From Anthoceros angustus (taxonomy: Eukaryota; Plantae; Anthocerotophyta), in NCBI GenBank assembly GCA_010909165.1, contig MU008152.1, positions 372,001 to 436,000 on the forward strand: a DNA stretch of 64,000 nt, in the 5' to 3' direction. Positions 1 through 17,945 of this stretch are shown here, one piece after another. Position 1 is the stretch's first letter. Every line of letters starts with the position of its first letter. Both the position numbers and the translations under genes were made by a program. The notes under the pieces are model-generated. The model had not been told where the DNA came from. It did not search any database and saw only the letters and a list, made by a program, of their open reading frames with translations.

Positions 1-3000
1 CCGCTCAGTCTGGCTCCAGGGTGAGGAAGAGGAAGAGGAGAGGGAATGGCAGGAGGGGAGAGAGGGCGCCGTGGCTGCAGCTGCACGAACAGTGGGAAGA
101 AGTGGAGATGGCGGGCGGAGGAGGCAACCCTGGGGCAGCAAGGGTGCGCTCAGAGGAGGAGCAGGCAGCAGGGCAGCAGGCGGGGCTGGGACAGCGGAGG
201 AAGGCACCCAGGAGGAGAAAAGAGTCGCAGAGCTGTCTTGCTTCTACGGCGGCCTCGTGTCTAGGCTAGCCGCCTTGAGTTTCGCCGGCGGGAAGATTCG
301 CCCATTGCCTTACGCCGCGGTCAAACGGTAGTCGAAGAAACGGTGTTAAAGCCGCGTTCTAGGCGGCGCCGACGCGTGGAGGCTAACGGGGGCAGTTGTC
401 GACGCGTGGCCGGCCGTGACACACGAGAGGTGCTTTCGCGACGGCGAAACCCGTTTCGCCTTGAGCGCCGGCGCAAGGGCTCTCCAGGATGCCCTAACGG
501 AACGGGACGTGTGTGGGTGACAAATGGAGGACACCGGCTGGGCTGCTGCCGGGGGCACACTTGGTGACAATCGCTTCGCTTCTCATCGCCCGCTCATTGA
601 CTTAGATACCCTGTTTGGTGAAGCGCAAATGGCTGTGTTCCGAGAACGACTGCTGGCCCCGGCCTTTAAAGGACACTTAGCACCGAACAGCAAGTTACTA
701 CAACAACGAAACGACGTGTTATATGTAAGCACGGCCTGCTTTCTCCTGGTCCTGGCCCTGGCCCTGGCCTTGCCCTTATTGCCTTGCTTCTGTTGCTCTT
801 GCACCTGACAATGCAACAACCACTAAATTCGACTGTACGATTCTGTTTTCTACTCTGTGCTCTGTGCCCTTCCCTATTTCTTCACCCACAGCATGCCAGA
901 AACACGCTGACGAGTGTCCATTTGTGACCACCGTGGGGCACAACCTCCCCTCCTTCTCCGCATGTGCTTTCAAATTCAACCGCCCATTGTTTCCTATGCA
1001 TGCATCGCCTGCAATATTTTGATCTTTATCAGGATGTTTCTTCCCCCGGGTCTAGGAGCTTCCTCCCACAGCACACACCTGCGCATTGAGGTTACCTAAA
1101 TGGTATCATAAGTTCCAAATCCTAAGTAGACAAACATGGCTTCACACACGTTGTGGGGTCCGGGGACAAGACAAAAACATCACTATGGTACCTTTATAAT
1201 TTTAATCTTATACATGTATGTGGTTTTGTTTTGTGCATTCCACGTGGCACTGCGATATAACTATAACGGCTTTGTTTACAAAACATAAAGATTAATTCAT
1301 CCCGAACTTTTGAATTGAGATTTTTCATAGCATTGGTTCATCACGATTTTGTGTGTGCTAATAGTGTGGGAGAAGAGGTTTTTGAGCCCGGCTGGAGCCC
1401 TTTTTGATTAGGGGTTGAAACCGTCGGTGGAATATGAGCCGGTAAATACATACCCCTATTCTCCCTCCATTCTTTATGGATTCTTGATCTGAAAGTCACA
1501 GCGTGTAGGTGAGGACAATAATGGGACTTCACGTTTTTTAGGAGACCAACATGGTGGGAGTGAATTAAAATGCATAACTCAAAATACTCGGAAATAAAAT
1601 TTCCAAAAGAGGGTGGGTATATTGTGATGACCTAGCCCCCGCACGCTTTAGAATGCTTTCATAAACTTTTACTAGATCAAATCTCTTGATGGCTTTGCAT
1701 GTTAAATTGACTGAAAAATAAAGGTAAAAACCTGATTTGGCTATTCATCTTCCCTAAGGGTAGATTATCGTTTTTTCTCTAGACAAAGCAAACCTGCAAG
1801 TAGTTCATCTTCATAGACTAAGTTGAGTAAGGAAGATAGGGGTTTCAGGTTTACTCATCTCCCTCAAAGTTAACCCTCATTCTCGTATGTTACTAAGGAG
1901 AAGCATTTACAGGGCGTTTGGACTCTGTTGACTATGTCTAGCTGTAACCCAATTGACAATAGGATACACAAATCGTTGGAGACTGAATTGAGGGCATTTC
2001 TCTACGTAGTAGCCATCCAATATGTTACCAATATGCCATCTACCTAGTATGCTATCCAGTGTCTAAAAATTATAAAATAATATAGTTTAAGACTTTGGTA
2101 TATGATTTTATAGTACTTATTAATCACCCATCTTGAGATTTGTTTTTATTCCGTGAGTACATGTATTGATTTTGGTTCTCATTCTATTCAATATTCATAT
2201 TTTATCCTTCCTTTAATACATTAAAATACTTAGCTTATAGATTAGAGAGAGAACGCAATAAATTTTACCGGAAAGGACATAGTTAACCAAAAATCTTAGA
2301 AATCCCCACCATGACTCGTAGAAAACCCCAACCACGTTATGGACGTTAATATAGTAAGTGGGAGACCTTGGACTGTTCGTCGACTTCGTACTAGGTTCCT
2401 ATTCTTCCTTCCTATTGTACAGAGCGAACAAGTTGAACGGACAGAGCCCTACGTCACTTACAAATCGCCTGTTCCGCACACACCTCACGGTGGAAGAACT
2501 TTTCTTAAAAGCCTCGTTTTCTGGCTGGAGCTCCTCTCCGTTCTAGGCACCTTCGTGTTAAATCAGAAACTCACACGCCGCGGCCTGAGGACACCAAGCA
2601 GGCAGCAGGCAGCAGGCACCAGGCATCACGCGCTGAACATGGGGGTACATGATGTTTGCGGAAGTGTGACGAGTCCCTGGTCCCCTCTGGGGCCCTGATA
2701 CCTAGTTTGAAAGACACCAGATAAATCCGGGAAAGTTTTCCCGTCATAAAAATCATCACCAGACAATACAATACGACAAAACGAAGGAGGTCCTTTCTGG
2801 GCCAATGTGGGCATCTGCGGAAGACAAACCAGTAGATGCGCGACACCGACGCCCATAGAAGCACGCACCAGAAATAGGTGAAAACCACCTGACAGTGCAG
2901 GATCTTTGAGTTCAGGTTGGAACACTTGGCTCCTTGCTTTCAGCGCCGAGCATGAGGCACACTGCACATTGCATGTCAAATTAGGGTTCAATCGCCTTCA

Positions 3001-3702
3001 CTGACTATTCACATGACCGTACTAGATACTACCTTACCCGGAGTTTGGCCATATTATGTGCCTGCCGGCCACCATACCAAGTGTCAATTGCAACGGCTAT
3101 GCAAAGATGGTTTGGATTCTCTTCAGCCTTTTCCAGGATATCACCAGGTATGCACCAGGGGAGTCATTCAAGGAAAAAGGACAATCGAGGACAAACACGC
3201 CTCACATCGCGAAAGAGTCTAAAAAGCAAGCGAGCCCTAGAACGCTTACTTCCAACTGTTCGTGTGCCGTGACACGAAGCATCTTGCTCCCATAATGTCT
3301 CTCAATCTGCAAGAAGAGAACGATTAGCTGGAAGGCAACGCTTCAGCAAACTTATTTGAACTCAGAGCTGCCACAAGCAATACGAGTGAGTACCTAGCTG
3401 CGTTATTGCGCCTGCAGGAAACGCATCAGCCGCTAAGCTGATTCCTCTTAATGCTCCCTCACATTGCTGATATACTTACGCCAAATGGAAATCCGTAAGA
3501 TAGTGGTAACCAAACCTAGCACTCTTACAACGTACCAAATCACCGTTTCTGTCAACAAGATCTCGACAGTCCCTGCACACTCGGTTCTATTGTTTTCCTT
3601 GAATACAGCACTGGATTGTCAGCTGCACCCAACTCGAGGCACTACATCCTACACTGACTATGGTACAACACAGGTGTTCGGCAACAGTGCTGCCAGTCAC
3701 GG

Positions 3703-9040
<5,338 letters not shown>

Positions 9041-9822
9041 ATGAGCGGGCTGCGCAAGGACCTCAAAGCCCCACAGTAGAGAGACTCTGTTCGTGTGCGG
9101 TCCGTGTCACACTCACAGCAACCGCGGATCGGACCATCCGCCGACACGCTAGAAGAGGCAGCACCTGAGGGCACCAAGCAGGAGTACGCAATGCAGCTGC
9201 GGCGCTGGCTGTAGAGGCCGACAGGTACATTCCACCAGAGCCACCAACTCCCGCCAACCATGCGATGAGAGCAACGCACATGCAGGTCCTCTGGCAAATT
9301 GCACTCAAAGAAACTGCTTTCCACAGCACAGCAGCCGCAGCAGGCAGCAGGCAGCAAGGCGCCACCTGCAGAGTAGAGCGTCAACTTCTGAGCCACCGGC
9401 AAAGGTGCATTCCAATGCCGCTCCTGGTGTGTGCAACGAGACGAATTCCTTGGGCTGGGGCACTACTGCCAACAAGCTCCCGTCTACACTCTTGCCTCGG
9501 CTTGCACGGGATGAGGGAGTCGGCGCTTGCGGATTTTTCCGACACGAGGCAGCAAGCCGCGCGAGTTTGGCCGTGGGACAGATTCAAAGTGGTAAAGCGA
9601 GGGAGAGCTGTTGCTACGGCACAGCATTCACTTCACTCCACCCCGGTTGCGGTTAACTAGATAGTTAATGCAGGATCAGTCGTTGCTGCTCAGGCTCAGA
9701 ATAAACTCCATTTCTGGCTAAAACGCGATTCATGAATGAAAAGCCCGAAGGTAAGGGACGCGCTGTTCCGTTCACACAGTCGGAGCTTCAATCCGATACC
9801 ATTTTCCATGACCATACGTACT

Positions 9823-12800
9823 TTACACGCGCGAAGGCGAGGGACGCGCTGTCCCGTTCACTGGTGTGATTTTGGGAGGCGGTGGCGATGCGACGCTTGC
9901 ATTCCTCCTGGCCATCAAGGCACGCACAACCGGTCCCAGTTTCTCGCTCGTCTTGATCATCAGAAAGAAGAGCAGGCGGTAAAGGAATGCGTCGATGAAG
10001 AGAATGGCGAGGTTCTCCCACTTGTCTCGGCTCAGAGTGATTTGGTACGACTCCCGCAGCACATCCTCTCCTCGGATGTTGCTACCAAATGTGAGTCCCA
10101 GGAAGTCGTTCTGGTACATGCCCTGCTCGTGCAACGAGAATCATCAGCTGAGCGGTGTGACCCTGTCTCCAGGAAGAAGCAGTTAAGGATCTACATCCAC
10201 CGGACATTTACCTGTAGGGCGTACATGTGGAAGCCGATGTAGGACATGGGGTACCGCCAGAATGGCTTGGGCATGTCATTAGGCAGGCGGAAGAAGCCAG
10301 CCACAAGCAAGTAGATACCCTGCAGCCGGAAGTTTGCTTGTCAGTGGGCTTGTCTGGGCCCAAAGGCACCCACAGTGCAGACAGCTGGGCTTCCTTTGTT
10401 TGCAGCACCAACCTGAATACCAGCGCCTGTGATGATGCCCATGAGGAAATTCGGAACCACGCTTGCCACTGCCATCATGAGGCCCTCCACCACCAGCATG
10501 CACGCAAAGAGGGAGAGGATGAAGTAGCTGAAGTGGCCAAAGCCTGGATGGAGTTGCACCATGGAGTAAACTATAGACCCAGTAGCGAGTGAGATGAGGA
10601 AGAGGAAGGGCATGGAAGACACAGAGTTTGCAATCACAAACGCGGCAACTCCGTAGTGTCCGTTCAGTCTTTCTCGACTGAAAACCTGGCAGTCACAAAA
10701 TTCATGATGTGAGCTCTCCTTGTGCGGGCAGCTGCCTAGGCATGCGTTTGGCAACGTGCGCACTGGACTAGTATTCCAGAAGAGTTGGATCCTTTACCTT
10801 CATGTCCTCTACAAAGGAGGGGAACCCTCCTATTGCCATGAAAGTCAGGAAGCCGGCGATGAATGACATGCATGATGCTCTTGCCTGCATTCCGGAGAGT
10901 ATCTGGTGAGCACATTCCCTTCTTTTCTAGCCTACTGGTACCATACCTAGGTGGAATGAGATCATGGTGATGATGATCAGGCATACCTGAATGGAACCCT
11001 CGGTGACCCCAACTTTGTAGTAAACGGTTCCGATGCAGATGGCCAGCACGATGTAGATGGCAAGACGGAGCCAGTAGTAGCCCATGTCTCTAAACATGTT
11101 CACAAACGATCTTCGGGCGAGTGTGAAGGTCTGCTTGAAGAAGCTGGCGTGACTCCCTTTTGACTCCAAGACTGCGCCATGCTGCAGCACAATCAAATTG
11201 AACCACATGTGGTCATGGCAAGAATGCTGGCTGGAGCAGCTGAAGCATGGAAGGAGCAGGGCCTGGCGTCTGTCATGGTACCATCTGAGAGATCTCGTGG
11301 ACTTTGGCCCTGGCCGACATGGCGAAGTCGGAATCCTGGTATGCATTGACAAGAATCTCCATCCTCATGCTGGTGCTCATGGTGCTCATGGGGTCAGCTT
11401 GCTCGATATCGTCCTAGTACCATCAGCAGTAGAATTACTCACCAAACTGCCTGTAAGTGGAGTGATGTAAGTGGAGTGAACTTGTGAAGGAGATATGGTA
11501 CCATTCTGAGCTTGAAGGATCCTTTGATGGTGGCCGTCACCCTGTCGAAATCCGAGTTGATGGCTCGCAAGAAATGGTCGGATGGGTTGCGCCTGGCGGG
11601 ACAGGGGAAGCCGGCATCGGCAAAGTGCTGCGGCCAACAATTGCAGCGTCAGCTCGCCATCGGCACGAAACTTGCTGTCCAGAAAAGCGTTCTCCAAGGT
11701 TCAGAGCTGGGCGATGGCATACCTGGTGCGCGACACCGGCCTTCCCGAAGTAGACCGTCTGCCCCCCCGACAGAAGGAAGAGATTGTCGAAAAGCTCGAA
11801 CACCTCGCTGCTGGGCTGGTGTATGGAGGCGATGACGGTGCGGCCGTCGCGGGCCAGGTTCCTCAACGTGGTCACCACGAAGAAGGCGGAGGCACTGCGA
11901 CGCCATGGGAGTTGCGAACGTGACTAAAAGGCGGCGACGGCGGCGGCCATCTCCAATCCAGAGAGGCGGAAGGAACGTCATCAACCTACCTGTCGAGCCC
12001 GCTGGTGGGCTCGTCCAGAAACAGCAGGCGAGGCCGAGTCAGGATCTCCAACGCAATGCTCACCCGCCGCTTCTCCCCGCCGCTCAGCCCCCGCATATGC
12101 CAGTTCCCGATGGCCGTGTGCGCCGCGTCCTGCAGCCCCATCTCGTCGATCGTGGTGTGCACCAGCGCCATCTTCTCCGCCCTGGGCATGCTCTCCGGGA
12201 GCCGCAGGCTCGCCGAGTACGTGATCATCTCCAGCACTGTGAGCGTCCCCAGCAGGGTGTCGTCCTGCGTCACGTACGCCTGCAGCCAAGGCAGGGAGAC
12301 CACCACACTCGCCATCACAACCGAAATCACAACAATGTGCAACATCGCCAATGCCCGCGGACGCTTACCGATGCTCCAATCGAGAGTCTCTTCTTCTTCT
12401 TCCCGTTCAGATACATGTCCCCGGACAGCCTGGCGTTGGGAGACAGCCGCCCTGCCACAGCGCCTTCCCATGATCACCCCGATCGACAACAGCCAACAAA
12501 CAGCAAGCATGGTCTCCCCGTATCTCCATACCAGCCAGAGTGTCGAGCAGAGTGGATTTGCCCGAGCCCGAAGGACCCATGATGGCCGTGAAGCTTCCAG
12601 GCTCCGCATACCCCGTGAGCTTGCGCAGCAGAACCTGGGCTGCCTCCTCCCCGGCGCCTGCTGCCATGGGCACAGTGACAGTGACATCATTCCAGGCGAG
12701 GAACGCGCCCCCGCTGCCCACGACCGGGGCGGGGGCCGCATTGCTTCCCCGGCTGTAGCTTCTGAAGAGAGTCTGGCTGAGCGGGCTGAGCTCAGGCTGC

Positions 12801-12826
12801 GGCTGCACCGCCGTCAGCCCGGCCAT
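9823..12826 (-). CDS. ABCG (WBC) half-size ABC transporter, ABCG11/12/15-like, multi-exon
   Basis: Walker [20 protein letters not shown], signature [12 protein letters not shown], Walker [12 protein letters not shown] and [12 protein letters not shown] are present. TM exons include [17 protein letters not shown] and [17 protein letters not shown]. Stop at 9823. The start is uncertain: ATG 12826 is used, but an upstream exon is possible. Confidence 0.9.
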
Positions 12827-13616
12827 GCTCTCCACCTGCTGCGAGACGGGATGGGACGCTGGAGTCGACTCTCAGCCTGGGCTGGGCCGCTGGAGCTGGA
12901 GCTGGAGCTGGGCTTCCGGGACACGCTTGAGGCTGGGCTGGAGCTGGGAGAGAGCTGGATTTTGAAGGCGTGTGCAAGTCCGTGCCACCAACCCGGGCCC
13001 CGCTCGGACGCCATTGATGGCTCTGGCTCCGCGTGGGTAGGTGAAGCCGCGGTCGCGCAGAGGATCAGATTAGGCCTTCAACTCCCGCTGCCCGGACTGC
13101 CGCTTAATCGCACAACTGTCATGAATTCCAGGTCCCAGGACATGGTACTTGCACGCCATCGTAATGTCGACAAGGAAGGTCCGTCACGGAGTCAACCCGC
13201 GCTAACCCCCCACTCCGCACGCCCCTCATCAAAGACTATTAACTCCTCCGCCATGGCAATCCCACCACCATTCCCCCATCATCGCCACCTAATACCCAAA
13301 GAAGCTCTCCATACTTGAAAGCGCACACTCGTGCTTTACCAAGACCATGCGTGCCTCGGGCTTCACATTTCATTTACCTTCTCAAACCATCTGCCAGCGT
13401 CTCACAAGGCCTCTATCGACTTCAATCTGGAAATGCACGCTTGCCGAGCTCGGGATTCACAAACTTCTGCCAGCAGGCCATTCAGAGAGTCCCGTTCGTC
13501 AGACAATTTTTACTGTCTCGCGCAAGGGATTGGGTGCTAAGCTGGGCAATTTGTAGTTCTCGTGTAAAGGGCTTCATGGAATGCCGATGGAAGACGAGTT
13601 TTGCATCCAGCTTTGT

Positions 13617-13672
13617 GGAGCAATTGGGTATGGTACGCTGTCGTGGAGCAATTGGATATGGTACGCTGTCGT
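13617..13672. repeat. 28-bp tandem duplication (2 copies, 1 mismatch) upstream of the ABCG gene
   Basis: ggagcaattgg(g/a)tatggtacgctgtcgt occurs at 13617-13644 and 13645-13672. Confidence 0.9.
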
Positions 13673-15359
13673 GGGTACAGTTGACGGTCGCCATCTGGGC
13701 AGGTGGGTAGCTTGGCATGCAGACGAAACGCGCCAAATTCAGTGGGCCTCTTCATGGGATGGGCAACATCTCTTTTATCCCTCCGTGTGAAGGGCACACC
13801 AGTTCTAGCTGGTGTTGCCCACAGTCCTCAACAATGTGACCTTCGTGAATGCGCGGATTTGGTAGTTACGGAATCGCGATTCGCGACCCTCCGACGCTAA
13901 GAGCTCACTGATCAGGTCGTGTGGCCTACATTCAATCGTCAGTCCTTCTCTTGAGACTGTAGCCGCTCTGCCTAAGCTCGTAAATGCAGGGCACCCCTCC
14001 CTGTCCAGGATGTACCTCCATCGCTCCACAGCTTGATGTGCTGTAAAACTGGTTTTTTAGCGAATTTAATTTTTATTTATGCTGTTCCCTAATATGTACA
14101 CAAAAGCCAAGATTCTCGGGGCAAGCGGGCAAGCGAGAGGGAGAGGATTACCCTACCTAACCCCACAACGCTGAAAGGGTTTCCCCTTGTTTTGAGCTAA
14201 TTATTAGTTTTCAATGAGACGTAATTAAGAAAAAAATCCGGGGACCCTATTCAGAACTCCTCGATTACGAGTGCCTCTTGCTCTACCGACTCATGTGTTC
14301 TGGAAAAACGTGAGCCTCATTCCTTCCCGTCACTTTTTTCAATGTCTCTTTGCGAACTTCATAGCCATGTCCGCATGGAAAAGCATCTATGCTCGATGTG
14401 GTCGCCTCCCAATAACCCACGTTGAGCAAACATTATCACCAAAACACCACAGCACAAAGCACTTGGTCACCAAGTTTGGAACATGAGAGACTTTCATAGC
14501 GGCCGCAATAAATTTTGAAACAAGGAACCACACCTCCATAGCTATGAAGCGGTAGGCCAAACTATCTACAAAAAGTCTCCAAAATTGGGCTGCTTCTACT
14601 CGCTTAGGCCAACTGCTTGACGACGCTACCGGCCTCAAGCTTGGATATTCAAAGAATATGGTGTAGATTGCCATGTCATAGTGAGGCGGCCACTGGACCT
14701 CGCATTGGCGGAGGTCATGGAGAGGGAGCTCAGTGTGAGCGCCTCAAATTCACTAGAGCCATAGGTAGATGCAGTGGTGCTTGCGCGCAGCCACAGGCTC
14801 GATCGTGGCCTTCTTGGTCCTGTGCTGGCGCTACCAAGCATGGACCCTGTCCCAGAGACTAGCCTGCTACCGCATTATGGCTATGACTGCCTCGCAATGT
14901 CTTCTTAAAATTGGTGATATTTGATCTCCCCGAATATGTTTGTGGTAGCAAAATTGAAATTTCGCTAAAAACAAAAAGTATGTATGTAGTAGTCGATTTT
15001 TCACCTCAATAAAAACCTCTCTACGTAGTAGTCAGTATATGTAACTACCTACTGCACTACAGAAACGTCGAATGTTTTAAAGCACATTAATGTGTTAGTT
15101 GCTGAAGAGGTTATCCCCGGCTGCGCACCGGTTCTGTTGTTTATTATCCCTAGAATGTTGAATCCACTCATATTGAGTCGTTCAACTCACTTTTTGGGCT
15201 CTTGAATTTCTTTTAAACGCAGGTTCCACTTGGAACCTTTGAGCGATGTCTGTAGATGGGGTGGGCAGCGCGTTAGATTTTACAATACAAAAAACAGACC
15301 CCCATAGGCACATCCAGACCACATGTTACTCTTTGTTGAGCTAAATTCTCTTGTGGGTA

Positions 15360-15385
15360 AACAAGGTCTCCTAAGACCTGGAGAC
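15360..15385 (+). repeat. Left 26-bp terminal inverted repeat
   Basis: Perfect inverted match to 18396-18421; identity breaks off on both sides. Confidence 0.9.
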
Positions 15386-16567
15386 GGCTCCTCGTCTTTG
15401 GTTTTGAGGGGGTGAAATTTGGGGCTTGGAAACAAAAAAGCCTGAATTTCATAATTTGCAGAATTTAAAAAAAAAATTGCATGATAAAGATGTGACTTTA
15501 AGAATGAAACCATGCATTTCAATGGTTTTAAGGTAATAAGACCTTCACATGGTCTACACTCCTCCAAGTTCTCATGAATCAACTGCCAATTCTTTAAGAC
15601 AGATACGTGCAATTTTTAGGCCGCACAAAATGGATATTAAAAAAAGGTCCACAAAATGAGTTTAAGGGTCCGTAAACTGACCAGAAAAAAGGAGCGACGC
15701 ACATTGTAATGTACTTGTATGACCCCGGACATCTGGTGAATGTGCGAATGGTATGAATCCGTTAGCTGGTGCAGGCCCGAGGTTGCAATGCCTTGGAAAT
15801 TGGATGAAATTTTCGAATTTCATACCGGCTGGCCTTTCGGACACACTATGCGGAAATCTATTTACAATTGCGGGTTCAATGCGATCATTCCACGCATCGT
15901 GACATGGCACACATCTGTATGGTTACATGCATATGATGAATGCATTCATCATGTCCGTGACTAATCACCCACGCGGCGAAGCCTTTCCACTACAACAGAC
16001 CCCGTGTGGCCGTGTTCAAACCGATTTTCTTATAGCAATGCATTTCGCTCTTCGTTCGTCTGGTATAAGCGCCCAGCATGGTTGATATGCGATTTGCAAT
16101 TCCGATAAGGTCTCGACCATGACACTTCACGCACATGGACGAGGCTCGGAATCGGGTGCCACTACCGGCCTTCCCTACGCCTCAGTCTCGAAGGGGGGGC
16201 CAACTCATGTACGCCAATGCGTCGGCCCATGACCGCAAAGGCTCGGAATGCCGATTGAGGCTGCGTAATCCCTTTCCGGTGTTCGATTGAAGGATATGCA
16301 TGACGATGCTCATCGATGCAATGTTATTTAGGTGCCGACCATGTTTGTACCATGCCTGAGCAGCCATCGTGAACGAAAAATGGTACTGCAAGCCGAGCTT
16401 AGAACAACGGGACACCGTGGACACCGAACAGCAGCCTTTATCACCGGCTGTCCGGTGTTATGCAAGACTTGGGGCCGCTATCTACATCGCAAGTTGTCTC
16501 ACAATGTTTGGAGTCCAACACAAAAAGCAACGTTAACCAAACTGGTCGTCTGCAGGTTTCCTAGCCC

Positions 16568-17831
16568 TCACACATCTCTCCCAATCCCGGATTCAGATGC
16601 CACGAGTTTTTTTTGGCTGTCCGCCCAGTCGTTGTCTGGAGAGTCAATCAAGCCATCATACTTCTTGGTCGCCGTCTCAAGGGGATGGAACTCTGATCCA
16701 TTAGCCCCCCCCAATGTTGTAGCAAAAGCCTCTTCTCCAGCCATCTCGCCAATGTGCGCTGCGCGTTTCTCACTAACCTCCCCTGCACTTGTCGACGGAT
16801 GTCCTACAACACCAGTCGAAAGTGAATCTGACACGCCTCCAAATGTGCATCGCGTCTTCTTGTCTGCACGCCGCTTCAGACCCACAAAACAACCTCGGCC
16901 ACCTGCGACAGTGTTCACCATGGGCTCTTTGCTGCACGTCTTGGGTGCTGCATACCCGTCAACGTCTCCTACCTCCTCCTCCTCGCTTGGCCAGTTGTCC
17001 ATTGTATTGAGCCGCAAATCCATGAATTGCACTGCTCTAGGATCTATGTCTATCGAAATGACATTGCGGCCAGACTTGAGGGCTGCTACCATACCCAAAC
17101 CAGAGCCTGCGCATCCATCTAGGACCCACTTGCCTTCCATTGTGTACAGCTCAATCAACTTCCTCAACAACCTAATGGGCTTCAGTGCGGAAACCACCAC
17201 ATCATCTGACTTATCATCGTGTTGTAACATAGCTTATGTTCCACAGCCTTCTCAACAAAGCAAGTTGTCAACCCTCTGCCGTCATTCATAACATCGCTTG
17301 ATGCCGAGGAGAAATCAAGGCATAATCCGCTTTAATGAGCCTGCGCCCGTGGTGATGTAATCCCATCATCATCTGACTTATCTGGAGGTGCGTCACATTA
17401 GTTTTGTGCCAGAAGGAGGACGTGACACCACCTTTACATGCTGCAAGCAAGACTTCACGAACCATGGACTTATCATCAGGCGAATGGAATACCACGACTC
17501 GAAAAACCTCAGACGTTGTGATGCCCTGGAATGTCATTATGATCTTCTCAAATTCATCACGAATGAACCGCGTGTCATACTCCCTGGAGTTTGCATCCAA
17601 ATTCAACCCCCGGGGCAAGTCCAACAGAATCATGGCAAACGGACGGGGTTCTAGAAACTAGGCCATCTGCACGATGTTGCCACATACTATACCTACCCTG
17701 CAGGTTCTTTCAGCGTCATCTCTGAAAGTCTTTAACTTTTCGGAACTGGAGGCCTCCAACAATTGTCGCTGCTCATCCAACAATTGTCGCTGCAAGTATG
17801 TTTTCTGGCCTTCTGAGATTGTTGTCGCCAT
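16568..17831 (-). pseudogene. Beta-class N6-adenine/N4-cytosine DNA methyltransferase (N6_N4_Mtase-like), disrupted
   Basis: One frame from ATG 17831 reads ...IVCGNIVQMA*FLEPRPFAMILLDLPRG (motif IV-like; in-frame TAG at 17658-17660). After frameshifts, ORF 16568-17230 reads KPIRLLRKLIELYTMEGKWVLDGCAGSGLGMVAALKSGRNVISIDIDP (motifs X, I, II). Catalytic motif before SAM-binding motif is the beta arrangement. Confidence 0.8.
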
Positions 17832-17936
17832 TGATGTTTTTGTCAGTGTTGTTGCTTTGGGTTGTGTTGTCTTCCGGGTATTTGCTGGTGCTGCTGATGG
17901 TGCTGATGCTCATGCTCATGCTGGTGCCGAAAGGTT

Positions 17937-17945
17937 TTAGGGTTT
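17937..17945 (-). promoter_or_regulatory. Telo-box (AAACCCTAA) about 110 bp upstream of the MTase ATG
   Basis: The + strand has ttagggttt at 17937-17945. Telo-boxes are a known plant promoter/5'UTR motif; function here is not shown. Confidence 0.35.

Noticed and set aside
1-570. Several short GC-rich ORFs at the left edge
   Set aside because: No motifs; probably the leader or promoter of a gene outside the window.
1100-3460. Possible transposase remnant
   Set aside because: AT-rich DNA with short ORFs; I could not identify catalytic motifs or termini.
12005-13318. 437-aa + strand ORF
   Set aside because: GC-rich antisense overlap of ABCG exons and leader.
15055-16000. CACTA-like starts (CACTACAGAAA at 15055, CACTACAACAG at 15988)
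   Set aside because: No matching inverted partner end or CACTA transposase was found in the window.
16332-17291. 319-aa + strand ORF
   Set aside because: It is the antisense shadow of the MTase reading frame and has no recognisable motifs.
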